From positions 4,092,001 to 4,156,000 of the forward strand of contig CM075991.1 in assembly GCA_038087875.1 (NCBI GenBank): a stretch of DNA of 64,000 nucleotides, written 5' to 3'. The translations under genes and the position numbers were made by a program. The DNA comes from Malacoraja senta (taxonomy: Eukaryota). Positions within the stretch are counted from its first letter, which is position 1, and the number at the start of each line of letters is the position of its first letter. Of the stretch, positions 36,901-50,270 are shown in pieces. Under the pieces are notes generated by a model, which saw only the letters and a program-made list of their open reading frames with translations, did not search any database and was not told the DNA's origin.

Positions 36901-37664
36901 CTGTTACAATTTACAGCTGTTACAAAACAGATGGACCTGGAGGTGGTGGAGGCAGAGGAAGAATGGTCGACAGAAGGTGCTTGAGGGACTCAGCAGGTCG
37001 GGCAGCATCTGTAGGAAGAGAAACACAGTCAATGTTTCAGGTCAGAGATCCTTTATTAAAACTGAAAAAGAGACAAAGACCCTGCACGGATGGGGGGGGG
37101 GGGGAGGAGGGTGGCTCTGATGGAGAAAAATAAAAGGGATAAATTGTAAACAAGGTTAACTGGTCAATGAGCTTGTATCCTGTCACCATGTCTGAATTAA
37201 TTGTGTACTTCGGATGACATAAGGGCCAGAATTCTGCTGCTGCTGGATATGCAGTTCAGAATTTGAGAATGCATGGGGATTAAAATAGGTCTTGGACTCC
37301 ATGAGCAATGGTTGATTGCAAATCAGCAAAATATATTACACCCTGCCTGAATTTATTTTCTCTTCAAATGAAGTGAACAGAAATTGTGCAGGAAATAAAC
37401 CAGCTGTTTTGTACTACAGTCTGTGATTAAGTACTTCCTTATTAATCCTTCAAAAGATTAATTCTTAAAAGGGGAGTGTTGTCACACTTGAAAATCAGAA
37501 TTTTGATTTGAACAAGCCTTCCTCATTCCAGGCTGTTCCAGTATATATTTGTATTTTGAGATTTGAATACTACATTAGGAATTTGATTAAAACATTTTCC
37601 AATCCACATTGATGATTGGTGCTGGATAATAAGACGTGAGACTTCGGAACTGGATCATACAGGA

Positions 37665-39110
37665 TGACAACTCCCCTTCTCGATCACATTCTGACCTTTC
37701 TTTCCTGGGCCTCCTCCACTGTCAGAGTGAAGCCTCATGCAAATTAGAGGAACAGCACCTCATATTTTGCTTGGGAGGCTTATAACCTATGAACGTTGAT
37801 TATTGGGGTACCGCAAGGATCGGTGCTGGGTCCGCAGCTATTTACAATATATATCAATGATTTAGATGAAGGAATTAAAAGTAACATCAGCAAATTTTCA
37901 GATAACACAAAGCTGGGTGGCAGTGTGAACTGTGAGGAGGATGCTCTGAGAATGCAGGGTCACTTGGACAGGTTGGGTGAGTGGGCAGATGCATGGAGGA
38001 TGCAGTTTAATGTGGATAAATGTGAGGTTATCCACGTTGGTGGCAAAATTAGGAAGGCAGATTATTATCTCAATGGTGTCAAGTTGGGAAAAGGAGAAGT
38101 ACAACGGATCTCGGCGGGGGTCCTTGTTCATTAGTCACTGAAAGTAAGCATGCAGGTACAGCAGGCAGTGAAGAAAGCGAATGGCATGTTGGCCTTCATA
38201 ACAAGAGGAGTTGAGTATGGGTGCAAAGAGGTCCTTCTGCAGTTGTACAGGGCCCTAGTGTGACCACATTTGGAGTATTGTGTGCAGTTTTGGACTCCAA
38301 ATTTGAGGAAGGACATTCTTGCTATTGAGGAAGTGCAGCGTAGGTTCACAAGGTTAATTCCCGGGATGGCGGGACTGTCATATGTTGATAGAATGGAGCG
38401 GCTGGGCTTGTATACTCTGGAATTTAGAAGGATGAGAGGGAATCTTATTGAAACATGTAAGATTATTAAGGGTTTGGACATGCTGGAGGCAGGAAACATG
38501 TTGGGGGAGTTCAGAACCAGGGGCCACAGTTTAAGATAATGGGCAAGCCATTTATAATGGAGACGAGAAAATACTTTTTCACACAGTGTTGTGGGTCTGT
38601 GCGACTCTCTGCCTCAGAGGGTGGTGGAGGCCGGTTCTCTGCATGCTTTCAAGAGAGAGTTAGATAGAGCTCTTAAAGATAGTGGAGTCAAGGGATATGG
38701 GGAGAAGGCAGGAACGGAGTATGATTGTGGATGATCAGCCATGATCACATTGAATGGTGGTGCCTGCTCGAAGGGCCGAATGGCCGACTCCTGCACCTTT
38801 TAACTATTGTCTATTGTCTATTTCTAATTTCATGTAACCCTCCGCATTCCCTCTCTCCCCGTTTCCCCCACTCTCGTCCTTCTACCGGTTCCACTGTTTG
38901 CATCCTTGTATCCTGTCATTATCACGTCTTCCCCAGCCAACAATGACCCATTCCTTCCGTGGTCATCTGTTGCCCACCCGATTTGTTCTGGCCTTTTCCT
39001 ACTTCCAGTTCAACCCCTCCCTCTACTTTCAGTCTGAAGATGGGTTCCGACCCAAAACATCGCCGATTCGGTTTTTCAGAGATGCTGCCTGACCCGCTGA
39101 GTTACTCCAG
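37665..39110 (+). mobile_element. PLE 3' fragment interrupted by a CR1 insertion
   Basis: GIY-YIG C-terminal coding (SDLSFLGLLHCQSE...KLEEQHLIF) up to about 37800 resumes at about 38821 and ends in a decayed hammerhead motif (39034-39062). Confidence 0.78.
37801..38820 (+). mobile_element. CR1 LINE, 5'-truncated (RT C-half to 3' UTR)
   Basis: [23 protein letters not shown]...ISKFSDNTKLGG; EYCVQFWTPNLRKD; ctattgt tail. Confidence 0.93.
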
Positions 39111-39134
39111 TTACTCCAAAGGAGGCTTTTGAGT

Positions 39135-39845
39135 ATCAAGTCAAGTCAAGTTCAAGTCAAGTTTCCTTTATTGTCATTCAGATCTTTCGGTCTGAACGAA
39201 ATTGTGATGCCTGCAGTCATACACAGAACCAATAATAACAAAACATACAATAAACACAAATTAAACATCCACCACAGTGAGTTCACCAAGCACACCCTCA
39301 CTGTGATGGAGGCAAAGTCTTGGTCTCCGTCTCTTCCCTCCTTGTTCTCCCTCTGCGCTGAGGCGATCGATCCAGGCCGAAGATGCCGCCCTCCAGTCCA
39401 GCGGACCTCCGTGGTGATGTCGCCGCCGCCGAAAGCCGGAACGCCGTCTCCGCTCCGAGACGGCCCGCCACAGCATCAGCTCCAGGTCCCGCAGTCTCCG
39501 CTCCGGACCACCGCCCCAGCTCCAGGCCCCGCAGTCTCCGCTCCGGACCCCGCTGTATCAGCTCCAGGCCCCGCAGTCTCCGCTCCGGACCCCGCTGTAT
39601 CAGCTCCAGGTCCCGCATTCTCCGCTCCGGACCCCGCTGCACCAGCTCCAGGTCCCGCAGTCTCCGCTCCGGACCCCGCTGCATCAGCTCCAGGCCGCCG
39701 CCGAACGCCAGAACGCCGCACCAGCAAGTCGGGCCACCGCTGCCTCAGCCCCGAAGACGGCCAGCCTCCCATTGGTAAGTCCTGGCTGGCTCGGGACTTA
39801 GCCTCGGGGTCGGTCGCAGGATGGAGGCGGCCAGTTCCGCCATTA
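39135..39845 (-). mobile_element. CpG-rich Rex1-tailed element containing a 42-bp minisatellite
   Basis: (TCAAG)n end, family 3' block and internal tandem array. Confidence 0.65.
39472..39696. repeat. 42-bp GC-rich minisatellite, about 5 units
   Basis: Units 'gcagtctccgctccggaccccgctgtatcagctccaggcccc' start at 39491, 39531, 39573, 39615 and 39657. Confidence 0.95.
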
Positions 39846-40994
39846 GTAGTGCAGGACAATGGTGTGCAGGACAATGTAAAAGTGAAAGGGCAAGATTTCC
39901 TGCTCACATATTGTATCAATGAATGATTCCAATCCAAAATGTTGTCAAAATAAAGATTCTCATTATTCATTTTGGAAAACAAGTAATCTGGTTGGTGTAT
40001 CGGAACAATTTAACAGTGTGCCTGCAGAGCTGAAACAAGTTGCTGGATAGAAACCAACTGCTTGAGAAGTTTTAGACATTACTGCAGATTCATCTTGTGA
40101 TTCTTCCATCATTGCTGTTGATGCAAAGACAGAACAAACAGAAGTTAATGTTGATTAGCACTTTTGATTTTAGATGGGTACTAGCAATAAAACTCTCTCT
40201 TTTAAATGCTTACAACAACAGCTGAATCATAAGCTGTAAATCTGACTGAAGTTGATTCTGGCCTAATAAAGAACCAGTCATGTCGTAAATGAACTGCTTA
40301 ATGGAAAACATTTCTAATCTCCAAAGGTCTTTCCTATGACATGTGCAATGAACGAGTCGTCCTTTCGCTGACAGGATCCTATTAGCTTCACTAATAGGAA
40401 ACACTACAGGAAACACTATTATTTCCCCTTCACACCCTGACACAAGTGATTGGGAGCGTACTGAAATAAAGCAAACTTCTCAACAACTCCTAACTTTCCC
40501 ATTCCTTCTTCCCAGAGATGCTGCCCGTCCCGCTGAGTTACTCCAGCATTTTGTGTCTATCTATCGTTTAAAACAGCATCTGCAGTTCCTTCCTGCACAT
40601 ACTAACTTTCTCTGCTCACTCAACAATATTTTCTCACTTGTGCTTTCAAGTCAGTTACTTACTCATTCTTAACAATTTCAGTTTCTTATCCTATATTTAC
40701 TGATAGTTTAATAATAGTTAACTATTGAGTAGATAATCTGAGCATCAGCTCATTTATGGCAGGGATAGAGTTCATGTGAATATGTTTCAGAAACAGTTAG
40801 ACAGGTACATGGAAAGGACAGGTTTGGAGGGATATGGACCAAGCGCAGGCAGGTGGGACTAGTGTAGCTGGGACATGTTGGCCGGTGAGGGCAACGTGGG
40901 CTGAAGGGCCTGTTTCCACACTGTCTCGTTCTATGACTCTATGTGATTATATTCATCTGAGTCAATTTAAACCACACATTTTATTAAATAACTA

Positions 40995-42731
40995 CCGTAT
41001 TTCCCAGCGTCAGAGGCGCACCTGCGTTGAAGACGCACCACCCATTTTGAGTGGCTAAATTAAAAAAAAAAGGCTGGCGGGACTGGATCAAGGGTTTGGT
41101 TTAGTCAGTAGAAAGGAAGATGGTGAAACTCCTTCAAGGAGGCAATCGGGGAGCCTCCATCTTCGCCTGTCCCACAATGAGCTTGACTACAGTCGTCCGT
41201 ATTTTTTTTAATTTTTGTCTTGTTAAATGTATGTCTTGAGCTTAGTTTTTATTATTTTTTAGCTGTGTATATGTGGGGGGTGGAGGGGGGGGGATGTTGG
41301 GGAAACCATTAATCTCTTCCCTGTACGGGGACCCGACTTTTTCCCTGTCGGGTCTCCGATGTCGTTGGGCCTAACATCGTGGAGCCGACGGCGGCCTCTG
41401 GCCGGGAACTAACCTGGGGTCTCCAGTCGCGGAGCCTGCGGACCTGACATCGCGGAGCTGGCCGGCTTCGGAGTGGGGAGAGCTGTGGTGGCGCTCGGCT
41501 GCGACCCGATTTTGGAGTTTCGGAAGCTTCGGCTGCGGGCCCGGTGGACGGTAACATCGGGAGGTCCAGGTCCCTGGTGGGAGACGGCTTTTCGGAGCTC
41601 CCGCAACGGCAACTTCTCCCGCTGGAATCGCGGGGTTTAAAGGACACGGAACGAGGCCTAACATCGCCCGGCACGGGTTAGCGGCCACGGGACATACCAT
41701 CGCCCGCCGGGGCTCTAACATCGGAGCCCCAGTTCGCCTAGACGCTGCAGTTGGACTGCGGGTTGGACTGCTTGAACCGCGGGGTTTCAAGGACACGGAG
41801 CCGGGGCCTAACATCGCCCGGCGTGGCTAAATGGCCACAGGACTTACCATCGTCCGCGGGGGCTTTAACACCGAGCCCCAGTTCGCCTAGATGCTGCAGT
41901 TGGACTGCTGGACCGCGGGTGAAGAATAAAGGGAAGAGATAAGACTTTGCCTTCCATCACAGTGAGGAGGTGTTGGAGACTCACTGTGATGGATGTTTAT
42001 GTAAACTATGTTAAGTGTGGGTCTTGGTTTTTTTTGTAATGTAAAAAAACTGTAGTAATGAAATTTCGTTCAAGCCTAGATTTGAATGACAATAAATAGC
42101 ATTCAATTCTGCTGTGCCGTTCAGGTCTGAGACACGGGGATTTCTGGCTCATGGAGATCACATAACGGGGAATGGAGGGGGGCAGGAAGAGAGAGAGAGA
42201 GAGACTGGTGCCGAAGGACACCGTGGCTGGCTGGCAGGCGGGCCGGCAGAAGGCGCTAAGGTGGCGGCCGATTCCGCTGTCTGGTCCCGGTGGCCGCTTG
42301 CAACCACCCGTGCTACTTCCCTCCCCGGCCACAATGTGGTGGCTCCGTGCCTGGAGCGCAGCAGTGAGTGCGTGAGTTGCTGGCATGATCCCCGACCCCC
42401 TCCTTCTCAACGCTCCTGCCCTCCCCGCAACTTTACCCCTGATGGCCCAGCCAAGTTTACTACTTTGTGCAGCCCAGGCCGTGCTGACTCGGGCCAGACT
42501 CCGCACACGATGTGGAAAGGAACTCTCCCCCCACCCACCTCCCCCCCCAGCGGCGCCGTCCATTTACAGCCGCTTCCCACTTCACACAGTTCCAGGGTCG
42601 AAGGCGTGGCAGGTTCCGCGGAGCAGTCGCAACGAGAGTGGCATTGCTTGGCCCAACCCCCCAAGACGCAGGTAAATTTTTGGGCCTTATTTTAGAGTAA
42701 AAAATAGCGTCTTGAACTCCGGGAAATATGG
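40995..42731. mobile_element. Tc2/pogo-like non-autonomous DNA transposon with a nested retroelement
   Basis: TA-CCGTATTTCCC...GGGAAATATGG-TA termini; AAGACGCA subterminal motifs at both ends. Confidence 0.8.
41110..42108 (+). mobile_element. CpG-rich Rex1-tailed element with an internal tandem duplication of about 149 bp
   Basis: Body similar to 508-1391; units start at 41629 and 41778; tail 'tgacaataaatagcattcaattc'. Confidence 0.68.
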
Positions 42732-43059
42732 TAAACAAAAAGGTGTGCGGCATCTGAAAGAAACATTAGAACATGTTAAACAAATTAAATCTCATTTCCA
42801 CATGTGGTTAGGGATTCTAACAATGTAAATTTTTAGTATTTTAAACTAGTTCACATCACTTTCATTTATCCTCTCTAATTCAATTTTCTTTCCCATCTCT
42901 ATTTCTTATTGTACAGATTTGACTCTAATTTGCTCTGTCTAATTTGTTATCCTTTTCCGCAGTCCTACTTCTTTCTCAAACTTCAAATCCTATTGAGTGT
43001 CGGTCTCAGTGCTCAGAATTGTGATTGTATTGTTGTGGAGGTCAACATGGGGGGGGTGG

Positions 43060-43375
43060 GGGGCGGCACAGTGGTGCAGCGGTGAAGTTGGTGCCTTACA
43101 ACGCTTGCAGCACCGGAGACCCGGTTTTGATTCCGACTACGGGTCCTGTCTGTATGGAGTTTGTACGTTCTCCCCGTGACCGCGTGGGTTTTCTCCGAGA
43201 TCTTCGGTTTCCTCCCACACTCCAAAGATGTACATGTTTGTAGGTTAATTGGCTAGGTATAAGTGTAAATTGTCCCGTGTGTGTGTAGGGTAGTTTTAAT
43301 GTGCGGGGACTGTTGGTTGGTCGGGCTGAAGGGCCTGTTTCCACACTGTATCTCTAAACTAAGTGAAACTAAACT
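43060..43375 (+). mobile_element. HE1-like SINE, full length
   Basis: Head, core and tail present. Confidence 0.9.
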
Positions 43376-44464
43376 ATAATTGCTTTCAATAGCAGGCATT
43401 AAAAATCTCAGCTTAGGTGAGGCTCAGTTCCAAGGATGCGCTGTGACAGAAGCGCTGAGATAAACTGGGTAAATAAATTCACATGCAAAATAACAGTAGG
43501 TCAGGGAGAACTGTCCAAATTGATATTGTGATTTAGAATTAATCAACACCGCTAAGAGATATAAAGCTCCTGGCCAGATCTTGTGAAAAAGACAAGGATG
43601 ACCAAAGTGGTAACCAGCAGAACAAAGCCATAAAACAACATGAAAATTTAATATGAAACCTCCTGAAGATATAAAAGTTGACATAACAAATTATAAATAC
43701 TGCAAAGAAATAGTGTAATACTTGCATTGGTTACCAAAATAAAATAAAAGTCCATAAGTTATAGGAGCCGAATTAGGCCATTCAGCCCATCACGTCTACT
43801 CTGCCATTGAATCACGACTGATCTATCCTTCCCTCGCAACCCTATTCTCCTGCCATCTCCCCATAACCCCTGACACCTGTACTAATCAAGAATTTGTCAA
43901 TCTCCGGCATGAACATATACATTGACTTGGCCTTCTTAGCCATCTGTGGCAATGAATTCCACAGATTCACCACCCTTTGACATTCCTAAGGACATTAACG
44001 GATGCCTGGTATCTAAACAAAGTGAGCAGTTTTACTTCAAAACATTGCATTTCATCAATGAAATCCACAGATTCAACACCGCTGACTTAAGAAATTCCTC
44101 CTCATCTAATTTATAAAGGTACATCCTTTTATTCTGAGGCTATGGCCTCTGGTCCTAGACTCTCCCACTAGTGGAAACTCTCCACATTCACTCTATCCAG
44201 GCATGTCACTATTTGATAAGTTTCAATAAGGTGTTCCAGGTCTTTCAGGCTCTTCATGTGTAGGAAGGAACTGCAGATACTGGTTTAAACCAAAGATCGA
44301 CTAATAAAAGGTGGAGTAACTCAGCCAGACAAGCAGCATCTCTGGAGAGAAGGAATGGGTGACGTTTCGAGTCTGTTCAAACTGAAGAATGGTCTCGATG
44401 CAAAACGTCACCAATTCTGTCCCAGTTCCCCAAACTCTGCAACTATTTGAAAGATCAAGAAATT

Positions 44465-44903
44465 ATAGAAACATAGAAACATAGAAAATAAGTGCAGGAG
44501 GAGGCCATTCGGCCCTTCGAGCCAGCACCACCATTCATTGTGATCATGGCTGATCGTCCCCAATCAATAACCCGTGCCTGCCTTCTCCCCATATCCCTTG
44601 ACTCCACTAGCCCCTAGAGCTCTATCTAACTCTCTCTTAAATTAATCCAGTGATTTGGCCTCCACTGCCCTCTGTGGCAGGGAATTCCACAAATTCACAA
44701 CTCTCTGGGTGAAAACGTTTTTTCTCACCTGTCTTAAATGGCCTCCCCTTTATTCTAAGACTGTGGCCCCTGGTTCTGAACATTTTTCCTGCATCTAGCT
44801 TGTCCAGTCCTTTTATAATTTTATATGTTTCTATAAGATCCCCCCTCATCCTTCTAAACTCCAGTGAATACAAGCCTAGTCTTTTCAATCTTTCCTCATA
44901 TGA
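44465..44903 (-). mobile_element. CR1 LINE 3' fragment
   Basis: RLGLYSLEFRRMRGDLIETYKI; (CATAGAAA)n tail. Confidence 0.9.
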
Positions 44904-45032
44904 GGAACCTTAAATATATCTAATGATCAGGCCTTCACCACCCATGAGAGTGGACAATTCCAAAGATTCACTACCCAAATCTTCACTTTGCAAATCTTCC
45001 ACTAAATGATCTCTAACCTTTGACTATTATTT

Positions 45033-45338
45033 TTAGTTTTGTTTAGAGACACAGCTCAGAAACAGGCCCTTGGGCTCACTGAGTGCACACCGACCAGCAA
45101 TCCCCGCACACTAACACACAATGACAATTTTTACATTTAAACAAAACTAATTAACCCACAAACCTGTACGTCTTTGGAGTGTGGGAGGAAACCGAAAATC
45201 TCGGAGAAAGCCAACGCAGTCGCTGGGAGCACGTACAAACGCCATACAGACAGCACCCGTTGTCAGGACCGAATCCAGGTCTCTGATGCTGTGAGCGCTG
45301 CAAGGCAGCAACTCTACCACTGCGCCACCGTGCCGCCC
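45033..45338 (-). mobile_element. HE1-like SINE, full length
   Basis: Reverse complement of the family consensus. Confidence 0.9.
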
Positions 45339-45800
45339 AAAAATGGTGTAAAAATGATGTTTAATGTCATCTTTCACTATGCTCTGAGTTTTATTTTTTA
45401 TAATTATCGACAGGAAGTGTAGCATAACACACCTGATTTGCTGTAACTTCTCTGTATGTAAACAGCATTTGGATTACGTGATCCCCATGTACAAACAATG
45501 ATTATTTCTAGGGCTGGCTGTGAAGAAGATGAATGCGCTGATGTTCGACTGGCGAGCCAAATTAATGCAGAGAAGCAGGGAGGAGATTTAATCTACTAAT
45601 ACTCAAGCATTATTCATATTCTAGAAATGAAATTCAGTAACATACTTAAAATAAAATTCTCAGTGTCAGAGGAAATTTAAAATTAATGGAATTATAGAAG
45701 CTATGGATTTTGATCAATAATGCTGGAAAGACTTCCCCCACTCAATTATTTTGCTTGAGGACCGATCAAACCGAAGATTGGGTCATCATCGGACAATTTA

Positions 45801-45985
45801 TGGGCCTGTCCCACTTAGGCGATTTTTCAGGCGACTGTCAAGTTGCCGGCAGTCGCCTGAAAAACCAGGCAATGGGAACGGCGACTGTCAGAGTGGAACA
45901 CACACACGAACATGTGGCGACCACGTGGCGACTGCATAGTCTCCTGCATAGTCGCCTAAAAGGTCACCAAAATGGGACAGGTCTG
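45801..45985. mobile_element. MITE with GGGCCTGTCCCA-type TIRs
   Basis: 'gggcctgtcccacttaggcga' ... 'tgggacaggtc'; internal GGCGACT/AGTCGCC inverted motifs. Confidence 0.7.
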
Positions 45986-46779
45986 TAGTCTGCCAGTCAT
46001 CAATTGCATTGCCTGGAGTTTTGTTCCTTTCAAACCAACCCTTCATGCTGGTGATAGACACAAAAAGCTGGAGTATCTTTGCGAGTCAGACAGCGTCTCT
46101 GAGGAAAAGGAATAGGTGACGCTTCGGGTCGAGAACCTTCTTCAGACTGAGAGTCAAGGGAAAGGGGAACGAGAGATATAGAAGGTGATATGGAGAGATG
46201 TAGAAACAAAATTGTGCAAAAAAGTCACGGTGATAAAGGAAACAGACCATTGTTAGCTGTGGGCTAGGAGAAAATGCATTATAGACAATAAATCATACTG
46301 GTATTGCTTCCTCAATTACCAACATCTCTTTCTGGGCTAGTTCTCCTGGCTCCTGTCTTTGCAGGCTAAATTGATTAAAAATCAATTTAACCCACAGTAA
46401 TAGTCGTCAACGCTATTTCTGGGAAAAATCATGTCCATGGAGATATATGCACGTCCTATTAAGAGGGTCTGAAGAAGGGTCTCAACCCGATACATCATCA
46501 GCTTTATGGGTGTCAGAGGTTATGGGGAGAAGGCACGCGAATGAGGGTAGGAGGGAGAGATACATCAGCCATGATTGAATGGCAGAGTAGACTTGATGGG
46601 TCAAATAGCCTCATTCTGCTCTCACTTATGATCTTACGATCATCAGTCTGAAGAAGGAATTCGACCTGAAATGTTGCCCATACATGTCCACCTGAGATGC
46701 TGCCTGACCTGTTGAGTTACTCCAGCAGTTTTCTTTGTAAACTAGCATTTGCATTTCCTTGAGTTACTCTCTTAATTTG

Positions 46780-46930
46780 AGTCACTCTCTTATAACTCTT
46801 ATAACTCTCTGAATAACTCTTATGTATTAATAACTCTTATTATAACTCTCTTATTACTCTCTTAAAACTCTCTTAATACTCGCTTATAACTCTCTTATAA
46901 ATTTCTTAATAAGAGTTACTCTCTTAACTT
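46780..46930. repeat. Degenerate (ATAACTCTCTT)n minisatellite
   Basis: Directly visible 9-11-bp units. Confidence 0.85.
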
Positions 46931-48190
46931 GTAGTCTCTTAAACCCCAACACAATTTGTGGTAACGGCATACATTTTATTCAAGATAGAGCAGATTCTTT
47001 GCTATTAAGATATGCAATTCTATACATGATATTTCAAAAAGTAAAACATATATATTACTGTAGAAAATATGAAATGAAAACTGAAAATGCTGGAAATTCT
47101 CACAGTCAGACAAAACTGATGAAAGTTAATATTAACTTTGTTATTCCCTCTCCATAGATGCTGCTTGACCTGCTGTGTATTCCTGGATTTTTATCTTTTC
47201 ACAACAATATTTCAAATGATGCCTCAATAACACATATAAAAGATTGATTCAATGGGCATGTTATTGTAGAATTTGTTGACATTGAGGTGGAAGCTAGCAT
47301 TCACAACTCAAGGCTTGGATCTGTACTTGCAGAATAATCCTGATGCATTTCTTAGCTATAAACATAAAAGTGCAGAGCCATGCAAATAGCCTTTTTTCCC
47401 CCCGATATCAGATGATGCGGTAATGTGGAGAAATTCATTAGTATTGATTTATGTTGGATCATGTTGCATCAGTAAAGCTGACATGCTCACTTTAAATTGG
47501 AAATTCTGTCGTCTATAGAAAAACAATATTGAACATGTTACAAATACAATAAATCTTGGTCCAGTATCTAGCTATATCAGTGATGTTGCGAAACGTTTGA
47601 TATGTTCGAAAATGCAATTACTTAACTTAATTGGATCTAATAATTGATGAAGTTATTACCCACTGGCAGAGGATCCTTACTAATGTTGTGCTTCACTGTG
47701 CAAAATCATATTCATGTGCTGACAGCAGCCTCAATACTTGGAACGCAACAGTCTTTTGCTGATAACTGGGAAAGAACACAACCAACATTTTCAACATCTC
47801 ACACTTAAATTCACAGTTTGGAATATAATTTACTACGATGGAAACATGTTTATAATTATAAAGCATCATAAGGAACTTGTGATAACAAAAGAAAATATTA
47901 GGCAGATCTTTCTTCATACTATTGGCATAATTCAACATATTTTGTTGTCATATTGCAGTGCATTATATCCCCCACTCTCAACTTCTCATCACTGTCATAG
48001 CTTCCCTTCCTCTTTGCAGAATGGGTAAATTAATTTTCTTTTTTGCAATGTACCTTGCGATTAAATTGCAAAACCAAATTATAAAACTATTCTGTGCTCC
48101 CCCACACATATTTGTTTATGTATGAAATATGTTGCACTAAATTAAGGCCAGGTCGGGTCTATTATCATATGCACAAGTACAATATTTGTA

Positions 48191-48468
48191 CTTCTTTACT
48201 CGGAGAGTGGTAGCTGTGTGGAATGAGCTTCCAGTGGAAGTGGTGGAGGCAGGTTCGATTTTATCCTTTAAAAATAGATTGGATGGGTATATGGACGGGA
48301 AAGGAATGGAGGGTTATGGTCTGAGTTCAGGTAGATGGGACTAGGGAGAAGAAAGAAGAAAGAAGGGGGGAAAAAAAAGAAAAGAAAAGAAAGTGTTCGG
48401 CACGGACTTGAAGGGCCGAGATGGCCTGTTTCCGTGCTGTAATGGTTATATGGTTATTATATGGTTAA
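48191..48468 (+). mobile_element. CR1 3' end, same subfamily as 50271-52345
   Basis: 48191-48345 is nearly identical to 52187-52345. Confidence 0.9.
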
Positions 48469-50270
48469 TAAGGTACCGGTACAACAGAAAGGTTGCTTGC
48501 CAGCAACTCACAGGCACATAAATTCAGATGACATACAGGCATAAAAATATATATCATTTATACAAGTCACTGAAAATAAATATACAATGCAAAAAAAAGA
48601 CGAGCATGCAAAAACACAATTAGTAACAAATCCATGCAAAGGTTGTGGAAACGTCTAGTTTATTGTCTCGTGTCGAGGTACGATGAAAATCATTTATTGC
48701 GTGTTCACCAGTCAGCAAAAAGATTATACATGATCACAATCAAGCCATGCACAGTGCACAGATACAAGGTAAAGGGAATAACATTTAGTGCAAAGTAATG
48801 TCCAATAAAGTCTGATTTAAGATAGTCTGAGGGTCTCCAATGAGGTAGATACTAGGTCAGGACTGCTCTCTAGTTGTTGATAGGATGGTTTAGTTGGTTC
48901 ATGTAGTCCTTCGTGTTCTGCTGTTGAGGTAGGATTTGGGTTGTGTAGGTCGATTCACGGACATGATAATAGTATGAAAATTGATATTCCTGAACCTGGT
49001 GGTGTGGAACTTCAGACTTCTGTACCTTCTGCCCGACAATAGCATCAAGAAGAGGTCATATTGGGCAACTCTCTGATTGAGCGAGCTTAAACTGACTAGG
49101 GCTTATAGGACTTAGGATAATCCCAGAAAATAGATCCAAAACACTGGCAATTTGTTCTCAATTCTCTTCATTTCACAGAATTGCTTAATGCAGAAATGTG
49201 TTCTTTCAGCCCATTTTGTTCATGTCACCAGTGAAACCTATCTGTGCTAATTCATTTTGCTTGAATTAGGCTCTTATCCCTTAATGTTGTTCATATCTAA
49301 GTAGCTGTCCAAATGCGTTTTTAAGCATTATAATTGTTTCTGCCTCTATCATCTCCTCTGATAGCTCATTCCAGATAACCTTCACAATCTGTCTAAAAAA
49401 CTAGCCTATCAGATCTCCTTTGCATTTATTTCCAATCACCCTTTAGTTATAGACTCTGCAGGCTAGGGGAAAGAAAAACTCTGCAAAACTCATCTATCCT
49501 CTCTCTGGCCTTCAGAATTTTACAAATCTCATTAAGATCACCCCTCAGCTTCTTGTGTTCCAATGAGAATAAGCCAAGTCTATGAAGGAACTGCAGATGC
49601 TGCAGATGAAGATAGACAGAAAATGCTGGAGTAACTGAAAATGCGGGGCAGTCTGAAGAAGGGTCTCAACCCGAAATATCACCTATTAGTTCTCTCCAGA
49701 GATGTTGCCTGTCCCACTGAGTTACTCCAGCATTTTGTGCCAAGAAGCCAAGTCTATCTCTGTATAATTACAGCCCTCCCGTCCAAGAAACATCTACGTA
49801 AATCTCTTCATTCTTCTTCTTAACGTTCCCACATTCTTCCTATAGTGAGGCAACCAGAACTATGCACAATACTCCAAGTGCTATGGAACCAATGTGTTGT
49901 ACTGTTGTAATACAAACTTCCAATTCTTATGCCCAATGCCTAGACCGTTGAAGGCAAAAATACCTAATGCATTCCGCACTATCCGATTCACTTTCAGTAT
50001 TGACGCTTTCTGTCAGCTCCGCACTTACACCCCAAGGTTCCTCTGTACATCAAAATCCCAAGGTCCATTCCATTTACTGTATATCCTACCAGAATTGACT
50101 TTATTGACCAGGAAGTGAAGCATTAATATATATCATCTCATAAAAGTAAATTGAAGTAATTGAACGTGAAGTTAAAATACAAAAAATCTTGCATGTGCTC
50201 ATTTATATATCTCTAATATATCTCTAATATATCTCTAATATCTCTAATATATATCTCTAATATTTAAAAG

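Noticed and set aside
39129..39926. 265-aa proline-rich ORF as a host gene
   Set aside because: Lies antisense within a repeat element and is driven by the 42-bp minisatellite
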